Assembly (NCBI GenBank): GCA_021324255.1
Contig: JAJPJL010000050.1
Span: 2,836-66,835, forward strand
Source of the DNA: Bacillota bacterium
GTDB lineage: Bacteria > Sysuimicrobiota > Sysuimicrobiia > Sysuimicrobiales > Segetimicrobiaceae
Reading direction: 5' to 3'
Length of the DNA: 64,000 nucleotides
The notes beneath the pieces were generated by a model. That model did not search any database. It saw only the letters and a program-made list of their open reading frames with translations, and was not told the DNA's origin. Both the position numbers and the translations under genes were made by a program. Of this stretch, positions 46,798 through 55,490 are shown one piece after another (positions within the stretch are counted from its first letter, which is position 1; each line of letters starts with the position of its first letter).

Positions 46798-47192
46798 TGG
46801 AGACCCCGATCATGATGATGGCGTCCGGCGGCCGCAAGGAGGCGATTGCCCGCGTGCGGCTCGTGCCGGGCACCGGGGCCATCACCGTCAACGGCCGCAC
46901 CGTCGAGCAGCACTTTCCCAAGGGACCGCTGCTCTCCAGCATCCGGCAGGCGCTCGTCGTCGCCAACGCGGAGGGACGGTTCGACGTCATCGCCGACGTC
47001 AAGGGCGGCGGGGTGGCGGGCCAGGCGGGCGCCATCCGGCTCGGGATTGCCCGCGCGCTGCTCGCCGCGGACAGCGAGCTCCGGTCGCCGCTCCGCAAGG
47101 CCGGGCTTTTGACGCGGGATCCGCGGCAAAAGGAACGCAAGAAGTACGGCCACAAACGCGCACGGAAAGGATTCCAGTACTCGAAGCGCTGA
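46794..47192 (+). CDS. rpsI: 30S ribosomal protein S9
   Basis: [12 protein letters not shown]...[19 protein letters not shown]...[17 protein letters not shown] is the canonical S9 sequence and C-terminus. It overlaps the rplM stop. Confidence 0.9.
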   Translation: MMETPIMMMASGGRKEAIARVRLVPGTGAITVNGRTVEQHFPKGPLLSSIRQALVVANAEGRFDVIADVKGGGVAGQAGAIRLGIARALLAADSELRSPLRKAGLLTRDPRQKERKKYGHKRARKGFQYSKR

Positions 47193-47202
47193 GCTTGGCC
47201 TG

Positions 47203-47240
47203 ATGCCGGGGACGGCTCGAGCCGTCGGTCCCCGGCATCG
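47203..47240 (+). terminator. Imperfect GC-rich hairpin after rpsI (possible terminator, no U-tract)
   Basis: GCCGGGGACGGCTC/GAGCCGTCGGTCCCCGGC is a 14-bp interrupted stem beginning 11 nt after the rpsI stop. Confidence 0.3.
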
Positions 47241-47354
47241 TACGTACGACACGGCAAGCATCGCAGCCTGAGCTGCTCCGGTCTAACGGACACCCGTCCC
47301 GGGCACGACGAGCACAGACGCCGGCCACGGGAGCGGGCGGGAGGGAAGCGGAGC

Positions 47355-48452
47355 ATGCGCGTCGTCGCATGGGTCGTCGTTTGGGCCGGCATGGCACTCG
47401 CGTGCCTGGGGCACGCGGACGCCGCCCTGCTCTATACCGTGGCGCCGCACGACACGCTGTACAGCATCGCCCGCCGCTTCGGCGTGCCCGTGTCCCGCCT
47501 CATCGAAGCCAATGATCTCCGCGATGCGTCCAAGCTCCGGGTCGGCCAGGTCCTGACGATTCCCGGCGGCGGCGCCGCGACCGCGCCGCCGGTCGCCGCG
47601 GGTGCCGCCGCCTCCGCGGGCCGGTGGGATCCCGGGGCATCGTCTCCCGCTACCTGGGGTCCCCAGGGAGAGCGCGGAGCGACGGAGCCCGTGCCCGGTC
47701 CGCTCGTGACGCCGCCCGCGCCTCGGATGCCCGCGCCGGCGGATGGCTCCGGGGAGACCTATCTCGTCCGCCCCGGAGACACGCTCTACCACGTGGCGGC
47801 CACGCACGGGATCTCGGTGGCCGAGCTGCGGCAGGCGAACCGCTTGGGTCCCTCGGACGCGCTCCACCCGGGCCAGGTCCTGGTCATCCGCGGCGGCGCT
47901 GAGCCCGCCGCGGACACGCCGCCTCCGATGGCAGCGCCGGCGTCCGGGGCTGGGCCTGCGCCCGCGGCATCGGCGGGGCTGCTCCCCAACACCGGAGGCC
48001 CGTACGGCGGCGCGTTGACGTTGCCGAATCGCGCATACCCGGGAGCGCCGGCGCCGGCAACCCCGGCACCGTTACGGATGACGCTGCTCGCGCGGAGGGC
48101 GGTCGCGGACGCGCTCGGATATCTCGGCACGCCGTACGTGTGGGGTGGGACGAGCCGCGCGGGCGTCGACTGTTCCGGGCTGGTGTACCTCGTCTATTCG
48201 CCGTACGTCCCGACCCTGCCCCGGCTCTCGTACGATCAGTGGGGGGCGGGCGTCGCGGTCGATGCGTCCGCCCTCGAACCCGGCGATCTCGTCTTCTTCG
48301 ATACCGATGGCACGGGGGCGTCCCACGTCGGCATCTACATCGGCGGGGGCGAGTTCGTGCATCCGTCCAGCAGCGCCCGCCGCGTCGTCGTCGACCGTCT
48401 GGACGAGCCGTACTATCTCTCCCACTACCTGGGCGCGCGTCGCATCCTGTAG
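47355..48452 (+). CDS. Secreted peptidoglycan hydrolase: 2x LysM + NlpC/P60 endopeptidase
   Basis: A signal peptide is followed by two LysM units (YTVAPHDTLYSIARRFGVPVSRLIEAN; YLVRPGDTLYHVAATHGISVAELRQAN) and a C-terminal NlpC/P60 domain (YVWGGTSRAGVDCSGLV...HVGIYIGGGEFVH) holding the Cys-His catalytic pair. Confidence 0.8.
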   Translation: MRVVAWVVVWAGMALACLGHADAALLYTVAPHDTLYSIARRFGVPVSRLIEANDLRDASKLRVGQVLTIPGGGAATAPPVAAGAAASAGRWDPGASSPATWGPQGERGATEPVPGPLVTPPAPRMPAPADGSGETYLVRPGDTLYHVAATHGISVAELRQANRLGPSDALHPGQVLVIRGGAEPAADTPPPMAAPASGAGPAPAASAGLLPNTGGPYGGALTLPNRAYPGAPAPATPAPLRMTLLARRAVADALGYLGTPYVWGGTSRAGVDCSGLVYLVYSPYVPTLPRLSYDQWGAGVAVDASALEPGDLVFFDTDGTGASHVGIYIGGGEFVHPSSSARRVVVDRLDEPYYLSHYLGARRIL

Positions 48453-48505
48453 GGTCCGGCGCGCGCCGTCCGGCCCGAATCCGCGCGCCGGGATTAGCGA
48501 GACGT

Positions 48506-48542
48506 TTGCATTATTATGACGCTCCACGTATAATTATGCGTA
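48506..48542 (+). promoter_or_regulatory. argF promoter (TTGCAT-17-TATAAT) with embedded AT-rich imperfect inverted repeat, possible ArgR operator
   Basis: TTGCAT is at 48506-48511 and TATAAT at 48529-48534. TGCATTATTAT (48507-48517) and ATAATTATGCG (48530-48540) form a 9/11 inverted repeat. This is a conspicuous AT-rich patch in a ~70% GC genome, 25 nt upstream of argF. Confidence 0.4.
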
Positions 48543-48567
48543 GACTGGCGCCGCAGGGGGCCGTAGG

Positions 48568-49524
48568 GTGGAGACGTCCCAGGCGATAGAGAGGCCTGAG
48601 GTCGCGCTGCGCGGGCGCGACGTGCTCGGCATCGGTGACCTGGACGCGCGCGAGATGCGCGCCGTGCTCGCGCTGGCGGCCCAGCTCAAGGAGCGCGGCC
48701 GGGCCGGCGACCATCCGCCGCTCCTCGAGGGCAAGGTGCTCGCGCTGCTGTTCGAAAAGCCGTCGCTGCGCACCCACGCCACGTTCGAGACGGGGATGTT
48801 CCACCTCGGCGGCCACGCCCTGTACCTCGATGACCGGAGCGCCGGCTTGGGGCGGCGCGAGTCCTATGCCGACATCGCCCGTAATCTGGAGCGGTGGGTC
48901 CAGGGCATCGCGGTGCGCACGTTCGCGCACGCCAACGTGGAGGCGCTCGCCGCGCACGCGCGCGTGCCGGTGATCAACGCGCTCTCGGACTGGGAGCACC
49001 CGTGCCAGGCGCTCGCCGCGCTGTTCACGCTCCAGGAGCGCTGGGAGCGCCTCGAGGGGCTGCGGATCGCCTGGGTGGGCGACGGAAACAACGTCCTGCG
49101 CTCGCTGCTCCTCGGCGCGGTCCGCCTGGGCGTCTCCGTGGCGATCGCCACGCCGCCCGGCTACGAGCTCGACGCCGCCACGCTCGAGGAGGCGGGCCGC
49201 CGCGCGGCCCCCGGGACGGTGATCGACGTCATCGACGATCCCGTACGGGCGGTGCGGGACGCGGACCTCGTGTACACCGACGTGTGGGCCAGCATGGGGC
49301 AGGAAGGCGAGGTCGAGCGGCGCCGTCCCGTGTTCGCCCGGTTCCAGGTCAACGCCGCGCTCCTCGCGCGCGCGCCGCGCCACGCGGTCGTGTCGCACTG
49401 CCTCCCGGCGCACCGCGGCGAGGAGATCACCGACGAGGTCCTCGACGGACCGCGATCGGTGGCGTTTGACGAGGCGGAAAACCGGCTGCACGTGCAGAAG
49501 TCCCTCCTCGCGCTGGCGCTGTAG
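48568..49524 (+). CDS. argF: Ornithine carbamoyltransferase
   Basis: SLRTH is the carbamoyl-phosphate binding motif (STRT variant), HPCQALAAL is the HPxQ motif, and HCLPAHRGEE is the HCLP ornithine-binding motif. Confidence 0.8.
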   Translation: METSQAIERPEVALRGRDVLGIGDLDAREMRAVLALAAQLKERGRAGDHPPLLEGKVLALLFEKPSLRTHATFETGMFHLGGHALYLDDRSAGLGRRESYADIARNLERWVQGIAVRTFAHANVEALAAHARVPVINALSDWEHPCQALAALFTLQERWERLEGLRIAWVGDGNNVLRSLLLGAVRLGVSVAIATPPGYELDAATLEEAGRRAAPGTVIDVIDDPVRAVRDADLVYTDVWASMGQEGEVERRRPVFARFQVNAALLARAPRHAVVSHCLPAHRGEEITDEVLDGPRSVAFDEAENRLHVQKSLLALAL

Positions 49525-49571
49525 GGGTCGCGGGCCCCGCTCGGACCGGCGAACACGCCGGAGGTGAGGGG

Positions 49572-50429
49572 ATGCCCTGGCCGGTTCCATTTCCCATTCG
49601 CATTTGGGATCTGATCGACATCCTGGTCGTCACGGTCATCGTCTACCAGGTGTTGGTGCTGATCCGCGGCACCCGCGCCGTGCAGCTCGTGAGCGGGCTG
49701 GCCGTCCTCTTCGGCGTCTACGTGGTCAGCCGCTGGCTCGGGTTGTACACGCTGCAGTGGCTCCTCAGCTACGTCGGGCTGGTCGTGCCGATCGCGCTGC
49801 TCGTGCTGTTCCAGCCTGAGCTCCGCCGGATGCTGGAGCAACTGGGGCGCGGCGGCGTCTCGCTGGTCGGGCTGAGCCCGGTGGGGCTCGACCGGGAGGC
49901 CGCGATCCGGCTCGTGAACGACGTGGCGCGCGCCGCGCGGGTCCTCGGCTCCCGCAAGATCGGCGCCCTCGTCGTCATCGAGCGGCAGGTCGGCCTGCAG
50001 GACGTCATCGACACCGGCATCCGGGTGGACGGCGCGGTCACCGTGCAGCTGTTGATCAACATCTTCTATCCCAACACGCCGCTGCACGACGGCGCCCTCA
50101 TCATCCGCGGCAATCGGGTGGCCGCGGCCGGGTGTCTCCTGCCCCTCAGCGAGCGCCCGGGGCTCGCCCGCGGCATGGGGACCCGGCACCGCGCGGCGCT
50201 CGGCATCACCGAGGAGACGGACGCCGTCGCGGTGGTCGTCTCCGAGGAGACGGGGACGATCTCGCTGGCCCAGGAAGGGCGCATGCGGCGGGGCCTCACG
50301 GAGGAGGAGCTCAAGGTCTCGCTGCTCGCGCTCGCCGGCCCGGCCACGCTCCGGCCGGGGGCGCTGCATATCCCGCGCGTGCCGCCGCTCCGCGTGCCGC
50401 TGTTCTGGCCGTGGAGGCGGGAGGCATGA
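49572..50429 (+). CDS. cdaA: Diadenylate cyclase (c-di-AMP synthase), membrane-anchored
   Basis: Three N-terminal TM helices are followed by a DAC domain (LHDGALIIRGNRVAAAGCLLPLS...GTRHRAALGITEETDAVAVVVSEETG), which is canonical DisA_N/CdaA. Confidence 0.85.
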   Translation: MPWPVPFPIRIWDLIDILVVTVIVYQVLVLIRGTRAVQLVSGLAVLFGVYVVSRWLGLYTLQWLLSYVGLVVPIALLVLFQPELRRMLEQLGRGGVSLVGLSPVGLDREAAIRLVNDVARAARVLGSRKIGALVVIERQVGLQDVIDTGIRVDGAVTVQLLINIFYPNTPLHDGALIIRGNRVAAAGCLLPLSERPGLARGMGTRHRAALGITEETDAVAVVVSEETGTISLAQEGRMRRGLTEEELKVSLLALAGPATLRPGALHIPRVPPLRVPLFWPWRREA

Positions 50430-51622
50430 GGCGGCGGCTCGCCAACACGCGCTTCTTCTACGCCGGGCTCTCCTTCGCCATCGCGACGGTGATGTGGCTC
50501 TATGTGGCGACGGCGCAGAACCCCTTGATCGAGCGGCTCATGACCCTCGACCTGCACGTCCGCGGCCTGTCGCCGACCGAGGTGGTGGTACAGGCCCCGA
50601 GCCGCGTCCAGGTGCACCTCCAGGGGCCGCGCTCCGCGCTGGCGCTGCTCACGCCCGCGCTGCTCGACGCGTCGGTCGACCTGAGCGGGCTCAAGCCCGG
50701 GGAACACCGCGTCCCCGTGTACATCGCCGCGCCGCCCGACGTGCACGTCATGGAGCGGACGCCGTCCGAGGCGGTGGTCGTCCTGGACCAGCTCATGCGG
50801 CATCGCCTGCCCGTGGAGGTCACGCTGATCGGTGTGCCGCCGTCCGGGGTGACGCTCGGGACGCCCCGCACGCAGCCGGAGTACGTCGAGGTCAGCGGCG
50901 CGTCCACGCAGGTGGAGGAGGTCCGCCACGCCGTCGTCACGCTGGACACCTCGCAGGCCCGCCAGCAGCTCGTCAGCTCCGTCCCCGTGCACCTCCTGGA
51001 TGCGACGGGGCAGGAGGTCCGCGGCCTGGCGGTCGATCCGTCGATCGTGCAGGCCACGCTCCCGGTCCGCGAGGGGACGATCACGAAGGTGGTCCCGGTC
51101 GTGCCGACGCTCACGGGGGCCCCCGCGGCCGGGCTCGCGGTGAGCGGCGTCACCGTCACCCCGGCGACGATCACGCTCACGGGGTCGGTGAGCACGCTGC
51201 AGACGGTGCAGAGCGCGGTGACGGCGCCGATCGACCTGACCGGCGCGCGCGGCGACGTGACGCGGCGGGTGACGCTCTCGCTGCCGCAGGGCAGCAGCGC
51301 GGCCACCCAGCAGGTCACCGCGGTCGTCCACATCGGTCGCGTGCAGCTCGCGCGCATCCTGCAGGGCGTCCCGGTGCGGATCTCGGGCGTCTCCAAAGGG
51401 CTCACGGCCCGCGCGGCGCCCGACCGGGTGGACGTCCAGGTCGAGGGCCCCCAGGACATGGTGCAACGGCTCACGCCGGGCGCGCTCGCCGCGCAGGTGG
51501 ACGCGTCGGCCGCCGGGCGCGGGACGCACCGCGCGACGCCGCGCGTGGCGGTGCCGGAGGGCGTGCGGGTGCTCATGATCTCGCCGGCGCAGATCAGCGT
51601 GATCGTCACCCCGTCCTCCTGA
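50426..51622 (+). CDS. cdaR: CdaA regulatory protein CdaR (YbbR-like repeats)
   Basis: An N-terminal TM is followed by four YbbR-like beta repeats (VPV...V.G.P..G). ATG 50426 overlaps the cdaA stop (ATGA). The position matches the conserved cdaA-cdaR-glmM operon. Confidence 0.75.
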   Translation: MRRRLANTRFFYAGLSFAIATVMWLYVATAQNPLIERLMTLDLHVRGLSPTEVVVQAPSRVQVHLQGPRSALALLTPALLDASVDLSGLKPGEHRVPVYIAAPPDVHVMERTPSEAVVVLDQLMRHRLPVEVTLIGVPPSGVTLGTPRTQPEYVEVSGASTQVEEVRHAVVTLDTSQARQQLVSSVPVHLLDATGQEVRGLAVDPSIVQATLPVREGTITKVVPVVPTLTGAPAAGLAVSGVTVTPATITLTGSVSTLQTVQSAVTAPIDLTGARGDVTRRVTLSLPQGSSAATQQVTAVVHIGRVQLARILQGVPVRISGVSKGLTARAAPDRVDVQVEGPQDMVQRLTPGALAAQVDASAAGRGTHRATPRVAVPEGVRVLMISPAQISVIVTPSS

Positions 51623-51627
51623 CCGCC

Positions 51628-53001
51628 GTGGGACGGTTTTTCGGCACGGACGGCATCCGCGGCGTGGCGAACGCCGACCTGTCCACCGAGCTCGTGGACC
51701 GCCTCGGCCGGGCGGCGGTGCACGTGCTGGCGGGCGGGGCCCGCGGGCGCTTCGCCGTCGGCCGCGACCCCCGCATCTCGGGCGACCTGCTGGAGGCCGC
51801 GCTCACGGCCGCGCTGTGCTCCGCGGGCGCCGATGTGCTCCGCCTCGGCGTGCTGCCGACCCCCGGGATCGCGCTCCTCACCCGCGAGCTCCAGGTGCAC
51901 GCCGGCGCGGTGATCTCGGCGTCGCACAATCCCATGGAGGACAACGGCGTCAAGCTCTTCGCCCCGACGGGGTTCAAGTTCCCGGACGAGATGGAGGAGC
52001 GCATCGAGATCGTGATGGACGAGGCCGGATCGCTGCCGCGGCCCACGGGGGCGGCCATCGGCCGGGCCGGCGACGTCGCCGATGCCGCGGAACGGTATCT
52101 CGCCTATCTCGCGCGGCTGGCCCGCGCCCGGCTCGACGGCTGGCGCATCGCAGTGGACTGCGCCAACGGCGCGACGGCGCGCATCGCGCCCGAGCTCTGG
52201 GAGCGGTTGGGCGCGACGGTGATCCGGCTCCACGCCTCGCCCGACGGCACGAACATCAACGCGGGGTGCGGGTCCACGCACCCGGAGGTCATCCAGGCCG
52301 CGGTGCGGGCGCACGGGGCGGACCTGGGCTTCGCGCACGACGGCGACGGCGACCGCGTCATCGCGGCGGACCGGCAGGGCCGGCTGCTCGACGGCGACAC
52401 GATCATGGGCGTCACCGCGCTCCATCGCGCGGCCCGCGGCGCGCTGCCCGGCAACCTGCTCGTGGCCACCGTGATGACCAATATGCGGATCGAGATCGCG
52501 CTGCGGGGCCGCGGCGTGCGTCTCGAGCGCGCGCGGGTGGGAGACCGGTACGTCCTGGAGCGCATGCTCGACACGGGCGCGCGCATGGGCGGGGAGCAGA
52601 GCGGCCACGTCATCTTTCTCGACGACGCGACGACGGGCGACGGACTCGTGACCGCGCTCGAGCTCATCAACGTGCTCCTGGACTCCGGCCGCCCGCTCGA
52701 GGAGCACGCCGAGCCGTTCCTGCACCGGTTTCCGCAGGTCCTGCTCAACGTCCGCGCGCAGTTTCCCGAGCGATGGCAGGACGATCCCGAGATCCTCGCG
52801 GCCGTCGTGGACGCGGAGCGCCGCCTCGCCGGGCGGGGCCGCGTGCTCGTGCGGGCATCCGGCACGGAGCCGCTCGTGCGGGTCATGATCGAGGCGGACG
52901 CATCCGGCCTCGCGGACGACACCGCGCGGGGGCTCGCCGAGCTGATCGCGGCGCGCCTCGGCGGGACCCCGGCCGGCCCCGGCACGCCCGCGTCCGGATA
53001 G
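51628..53001 (+). CDS. glmM: Phosphoglucosamine mutase
   Basis: FGTDGIRG, the SASHNP phosphoserine loop, GFAHDGDGDR, and GEQSGH are all canonical GlmM motifs. GTG 51628. Confidence 0.9.
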   Translation: MGRFFGTDGIRGVANADLSTELVDRLGRAAVHVLAGGARGRFAVGRDPRISGDLLEAALTAALCSAGADVLRLGVLPTPGIALLTRELQVHAGAVISASHNPMEDNGVKLFAPTGFKFPDEMEERIEIVMDEAGSLPRPTGAAIGRAGDVADAAERYLAYLARLARARLDGWRIAVDCANGATARIAPELWERLGATVIRLHASPDGTNINAGCGSTHPEVIQAAVRAHGADLGFAHDGDGDRVIAADRQGRLLDGDTIMGVTALHRAARGALPGNLLVATVMTNMRIEIALRGRGVRLERARVGDRYVLERMLDTGARMGGEQSGHVIFLDDATTGDGLVTALELINVLLDSGRPLEEHAEPFLHRFPQVLLNVRAQFPERWQDDPEILAAVVDAERRLAGRGRVLVRASGTEPLVRVMIEADASGLADDTARGLAELIAARLGGTPAGPGTPASG

Positions 53002-53224
53002 CGCCGGGCCGGGCCGCGATCCGGGGTATAACCTTGACAGCGCGCCGGCGTGGCTGGCGCGCGCGGTCCGGATAGGGTATGATTCGATCGCGGTGAGGAC
53101 CGGAACCGATAGGGCCCGCGGCATCGCGGCCGGGAGCGTGCGGCGTGGGGTCCGGCCGCCGGCGCCACGGGCGGCTCTCGCCGTGACGGCAGGATGAGCC
53201 ACAGGGGGTGAGAGGGGACGCATC

Positions 53225-53400
53225 GCGACACAAGCGCCGGAACTCGCCGCGCCCGTGCGGCGAGTTGACGAGGTAGGGGATCTCGAGTGGAGCGGCGACG
53301 CTCCTATTCGGCGGGTGACCCTAGGCTCGGTCCAAGCCTCGAAGGACGCTGACAAACCCCGGGGGTGACCCCGGGCACAAAAAGCGTCCGGGACCACACA
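53225..53400 (+). ncRNA. glmS_ribozyme: glmS ribozyme (GlcN6P-responsive self-cleaving riboswitch)
   Basis: The sequence has ACAAGCGCCGGAACU (cleavage-site/P1-P2 core, compare AGCGCCAGAACU), the P1 hairpin CGCCGCGCCCGUGCGGCG, the conserved UUGACGAGG, then GGGGAUCUCGAGUGGAGCGGCGACGCUCCUAUUCGGCGGGUGACCC, CGAAGGACGCUGA, and the pseudoknot GGGGGUGACCCCGGGCAC. Order and spacing match the Bacillus-type consensus. The location upstream of glmS is as expected. Confidence 0.85.
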
Positions 53401-53660
53401 CCCCGACAGGCAGTGGGTGGCCGCGGCGGATCCCCGCCCCGCGTCCGCCATCCGCGGCGTCATGCCGCCGTGCCTGCCCGTGCCTACCATCGAGCCACAG
53501 TGCCTCGCCGGATCCGTTGCCTACTGGCGGCAGCGGCCATGCGCCGGTGCGCCCCGGCGACCCATCGGGGCGGCGCGGGTGTTTGTCGGGCCAACTTTTG
53601 CGCCGCGGCCCCGGACCGTTTCGCCGGCCGGGCCGCGGGGGTGCGACGGAGGCTGCCTCA

Positions 53661-55490
53661 ATGTGCGGGATCATGGGATATATCGGGATGCGGCCGGCCC
53701 TGCCGGTGCTGCTCGACGGGCTTCGCCGGCTGGAGTATCGCGGCTACGACTCGGCCGGGGTCGCGGTGATGAACGGGGGGCGGGTGGAGGTGCGCAAGGC
53801 GGCCGGCAAGCTGGCGCGCCTCGCGGAGATCGTCGAGCGCGCGCCGGTCGACGGCGCGCTCGGGATCGGACACACGCGGTGGGCGACGCACGGCGACCCG
53901 TCCGACGAAAACGCGCACCCGCACACGGACTGCCGGGGCCGGGTGGTCGTCATCCACAACGGCATCATCGAAAACTTCCTCGAGCTGAGGGAGGAGCTGC
54001 GCGCCCGGGATCACCGGTTCCGCTCCGACACCGACACCGAGGTGCTCGCGCACCTCATCGAGGAGGCCTACGAGGGCGACCTGCCGGCGGCGGTGGAGCG
54101 GGCGCTCGGGCGCGCGCGGGGCGCGTACGCGCTCGTCGTGCTCTCCGCGGACGAGCCGGACAAGATCGTCGCGGTCCGCCGGATCAGCCCGCTCGTCGTC
54201 GGGCTCGGACAAGACGAGACGTGGCTGGCGTCCGACATCCCGGCGCTGCTGCCGTACACCCGCGACGTGCTCGTCATCGAGGACGGCGAGATGGCGGTGC
54301 TCACGCGGGGCGCCCCCTCGCTCGTGCGCATCGGGGGCGGTCCCGTCTCGCGCGCGCCGTTCCGCGTCGACTGGGACGCCGAGGCGGCGGAGAAGGGCGG
54401 CTACCCGCACTTCATGCTCAAGGAGATTCACGAGCAGCCGCGGGCGCTGCAGGAGACGATGATGGGGCGCCTCCCGGACGACCGGGAGGTCGTGCTCGAC
54501 GGCGTCGGCCTGGACGCCGGGGCGGCGCGCGCGGTGGACAAGGTGTGGCTCGTGGCGTGCGGGACCGCCTATCACGCGGGGCTGGTCGGCCGCGCGCTCC
54601 TGGAACGCGTGGCGCGCGTGCCGGCGGAGGCCGATCTCGGCAGCGAATTCCGGTATCGCGAGCCGGTCGTGGGCCCGCGGGCGCTGGCCGTGGCGATCAG
54701 CCAGTCGGGGGAGACCGCGGACACGCTCGCGGCGCTGCGGGAGGCGCGCGGGCAGGGCGCGCGGACGCTCGCCGTCGCCAACGTCGTCGGCAGCACGCTC
54801 GCGCGCGAGGCCGACGACGTGCTCTACACGCGCGCGGGCCCCGAGATCGCCGTGTGCTCGACCAAGGCGTACCTGACCCAACTGGCCGCGCTCACGATGC
54901 TCGCGGTGCGCCTCGGGAGCGCCCGCGGGACGCTCGAGCCGCAGCGCGCCGCGGAGCTGATCCGCGGCCTCCGGGCCCTCCCCACGCTCGCGCAGGCGGT
55001 GCTCTCGCGCGAGGCGGAGATCGTCGCCCTCGCCGAGCGCCTGTACGCCACGGAGGACGTCTTTTTCATCGGCCGCGGCCTCGATTACTACGTGGCGATG
55101 GAAGGCTCCCTGAAGTTCAAGGAGATCAGCTACGTGCACTCCGAAGCGCTGGCCGGCGGCGAGCTCAAGCACGGCACGCTGGCCCTGGTGACGCCCGGCG
55201 TGGTCGTCGTGGCGCTGGCCACGCAGCCGGACCTCGTGGCAAAGACCGCCAGCAACATCCAGCAGGTGCGCGCCCGCGGCGCGGACGTGATCGGCCTGGC
55301 CACGGAGGCCACCGCCCCGGCGCTCCGGCCGCACGTCGACACGCTGCTGTGCGTGCCGGCGGCGCACCCGCTGCTCGCGCCGATGCTCGCCGTGATCCCG
55401 CTGCAGTTGTTTGCGTACCACGTCGCGCGGCTCCGCGGCAACGACGTGGACCAGCCGCGCAATCTGGCCAAGAGCGTGACGGTCGAATGA
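53661..55490 (+). CDS. glmS: Glutamine--fructose-6-phosphate aminotransferase (isomerising)
   Basis: MCGIMGY has the N-terminal catalytic Cys, and two SIS domains follow. The C-terminus VDQPRNLAKSVTVE is canonical. Confidence 0.95.
   Translation: MCGIMGYIGMRPALPVLLDGLRRLEYRGYDSAGVAVMNGGRVEVRKAAGKLARLAEIVERAPVDGALGIGHTRWATHGDPSDENAHPHTDCRGRVVVIHNGIIENFLELREELRARDHRFRSDTDTEVLAHLIEEAYEGDLPAAVERALGRARGAYALVVLSADEPDKIVAVRRISPLVVGLGQDETWLASDIPALLPYTRDVLVIEDGEMAVLTRGAPSLVRIGGGPVSRAPFRVDWDAEAAEKGGYPHFMLKEIHEQPRALQETMMGRLPDDREVVLDGVGLDAGAARAVDKVWLVACGTAYHAGLVGRALLERVARVPAEADLGSEFRYREPVVGPRALAVAISQSGETADTLAALREARGQGARTLAVANVVGSTLAREADDVLYTRAGPEIAVCSTKAYLTQLAALTMLAVRLGSARGTLEPQRAAELIRGLRALPTLAQAVLSREAEIVALAERLYATEDVFFIGRGLDYYVAMEGSLKFKEISYVHSEALAGGELKHGTLALVTPGVVVVALATQPDLVAKTASNIQQVRARGADVIGLATEATAPALRPHVDTLLCVPAAHPLLAPMLAVIPLQLFAYHVARLRGNDVDQPRNLAKSVTVE

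Noticed and set aside
50494-51627. 5' part of the 835-aa plus-strand track ORF that ends as glmM
   Set aside because: It overlaps cdaR out of frame. The GlmM homology begins at FGTDGIRG, right after GTG 51628.
53034-53083. TTGACA ... TATGAT as promoter of the glmS ribozyme transcript
   Set aside because: The spacing between the two hexamers is about 38 nt, which is incompatible with a sigma-A promoter. The intervening GC palindrome (CGCGCC-9-GGCGCG) is more likely a glmM terminator-like hairpin, and I would not call either with confidence.
50500-53490. 996-aa minus-strand ORF opposite cdaR/glmM and the glmS leader
   Set aside because: It is antisense to canonical cdaR and glmM and runs through the ribozyme region. 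It has no motifs.
53417-55486. 5' 2 kb of the 1003-aa plus-strand track ORF (53417..56428)
   Set aside because: It overlaps glmS and the ribozyme in a different frame. Only the 3' GalE-like gene from ATG 55487 is supported.
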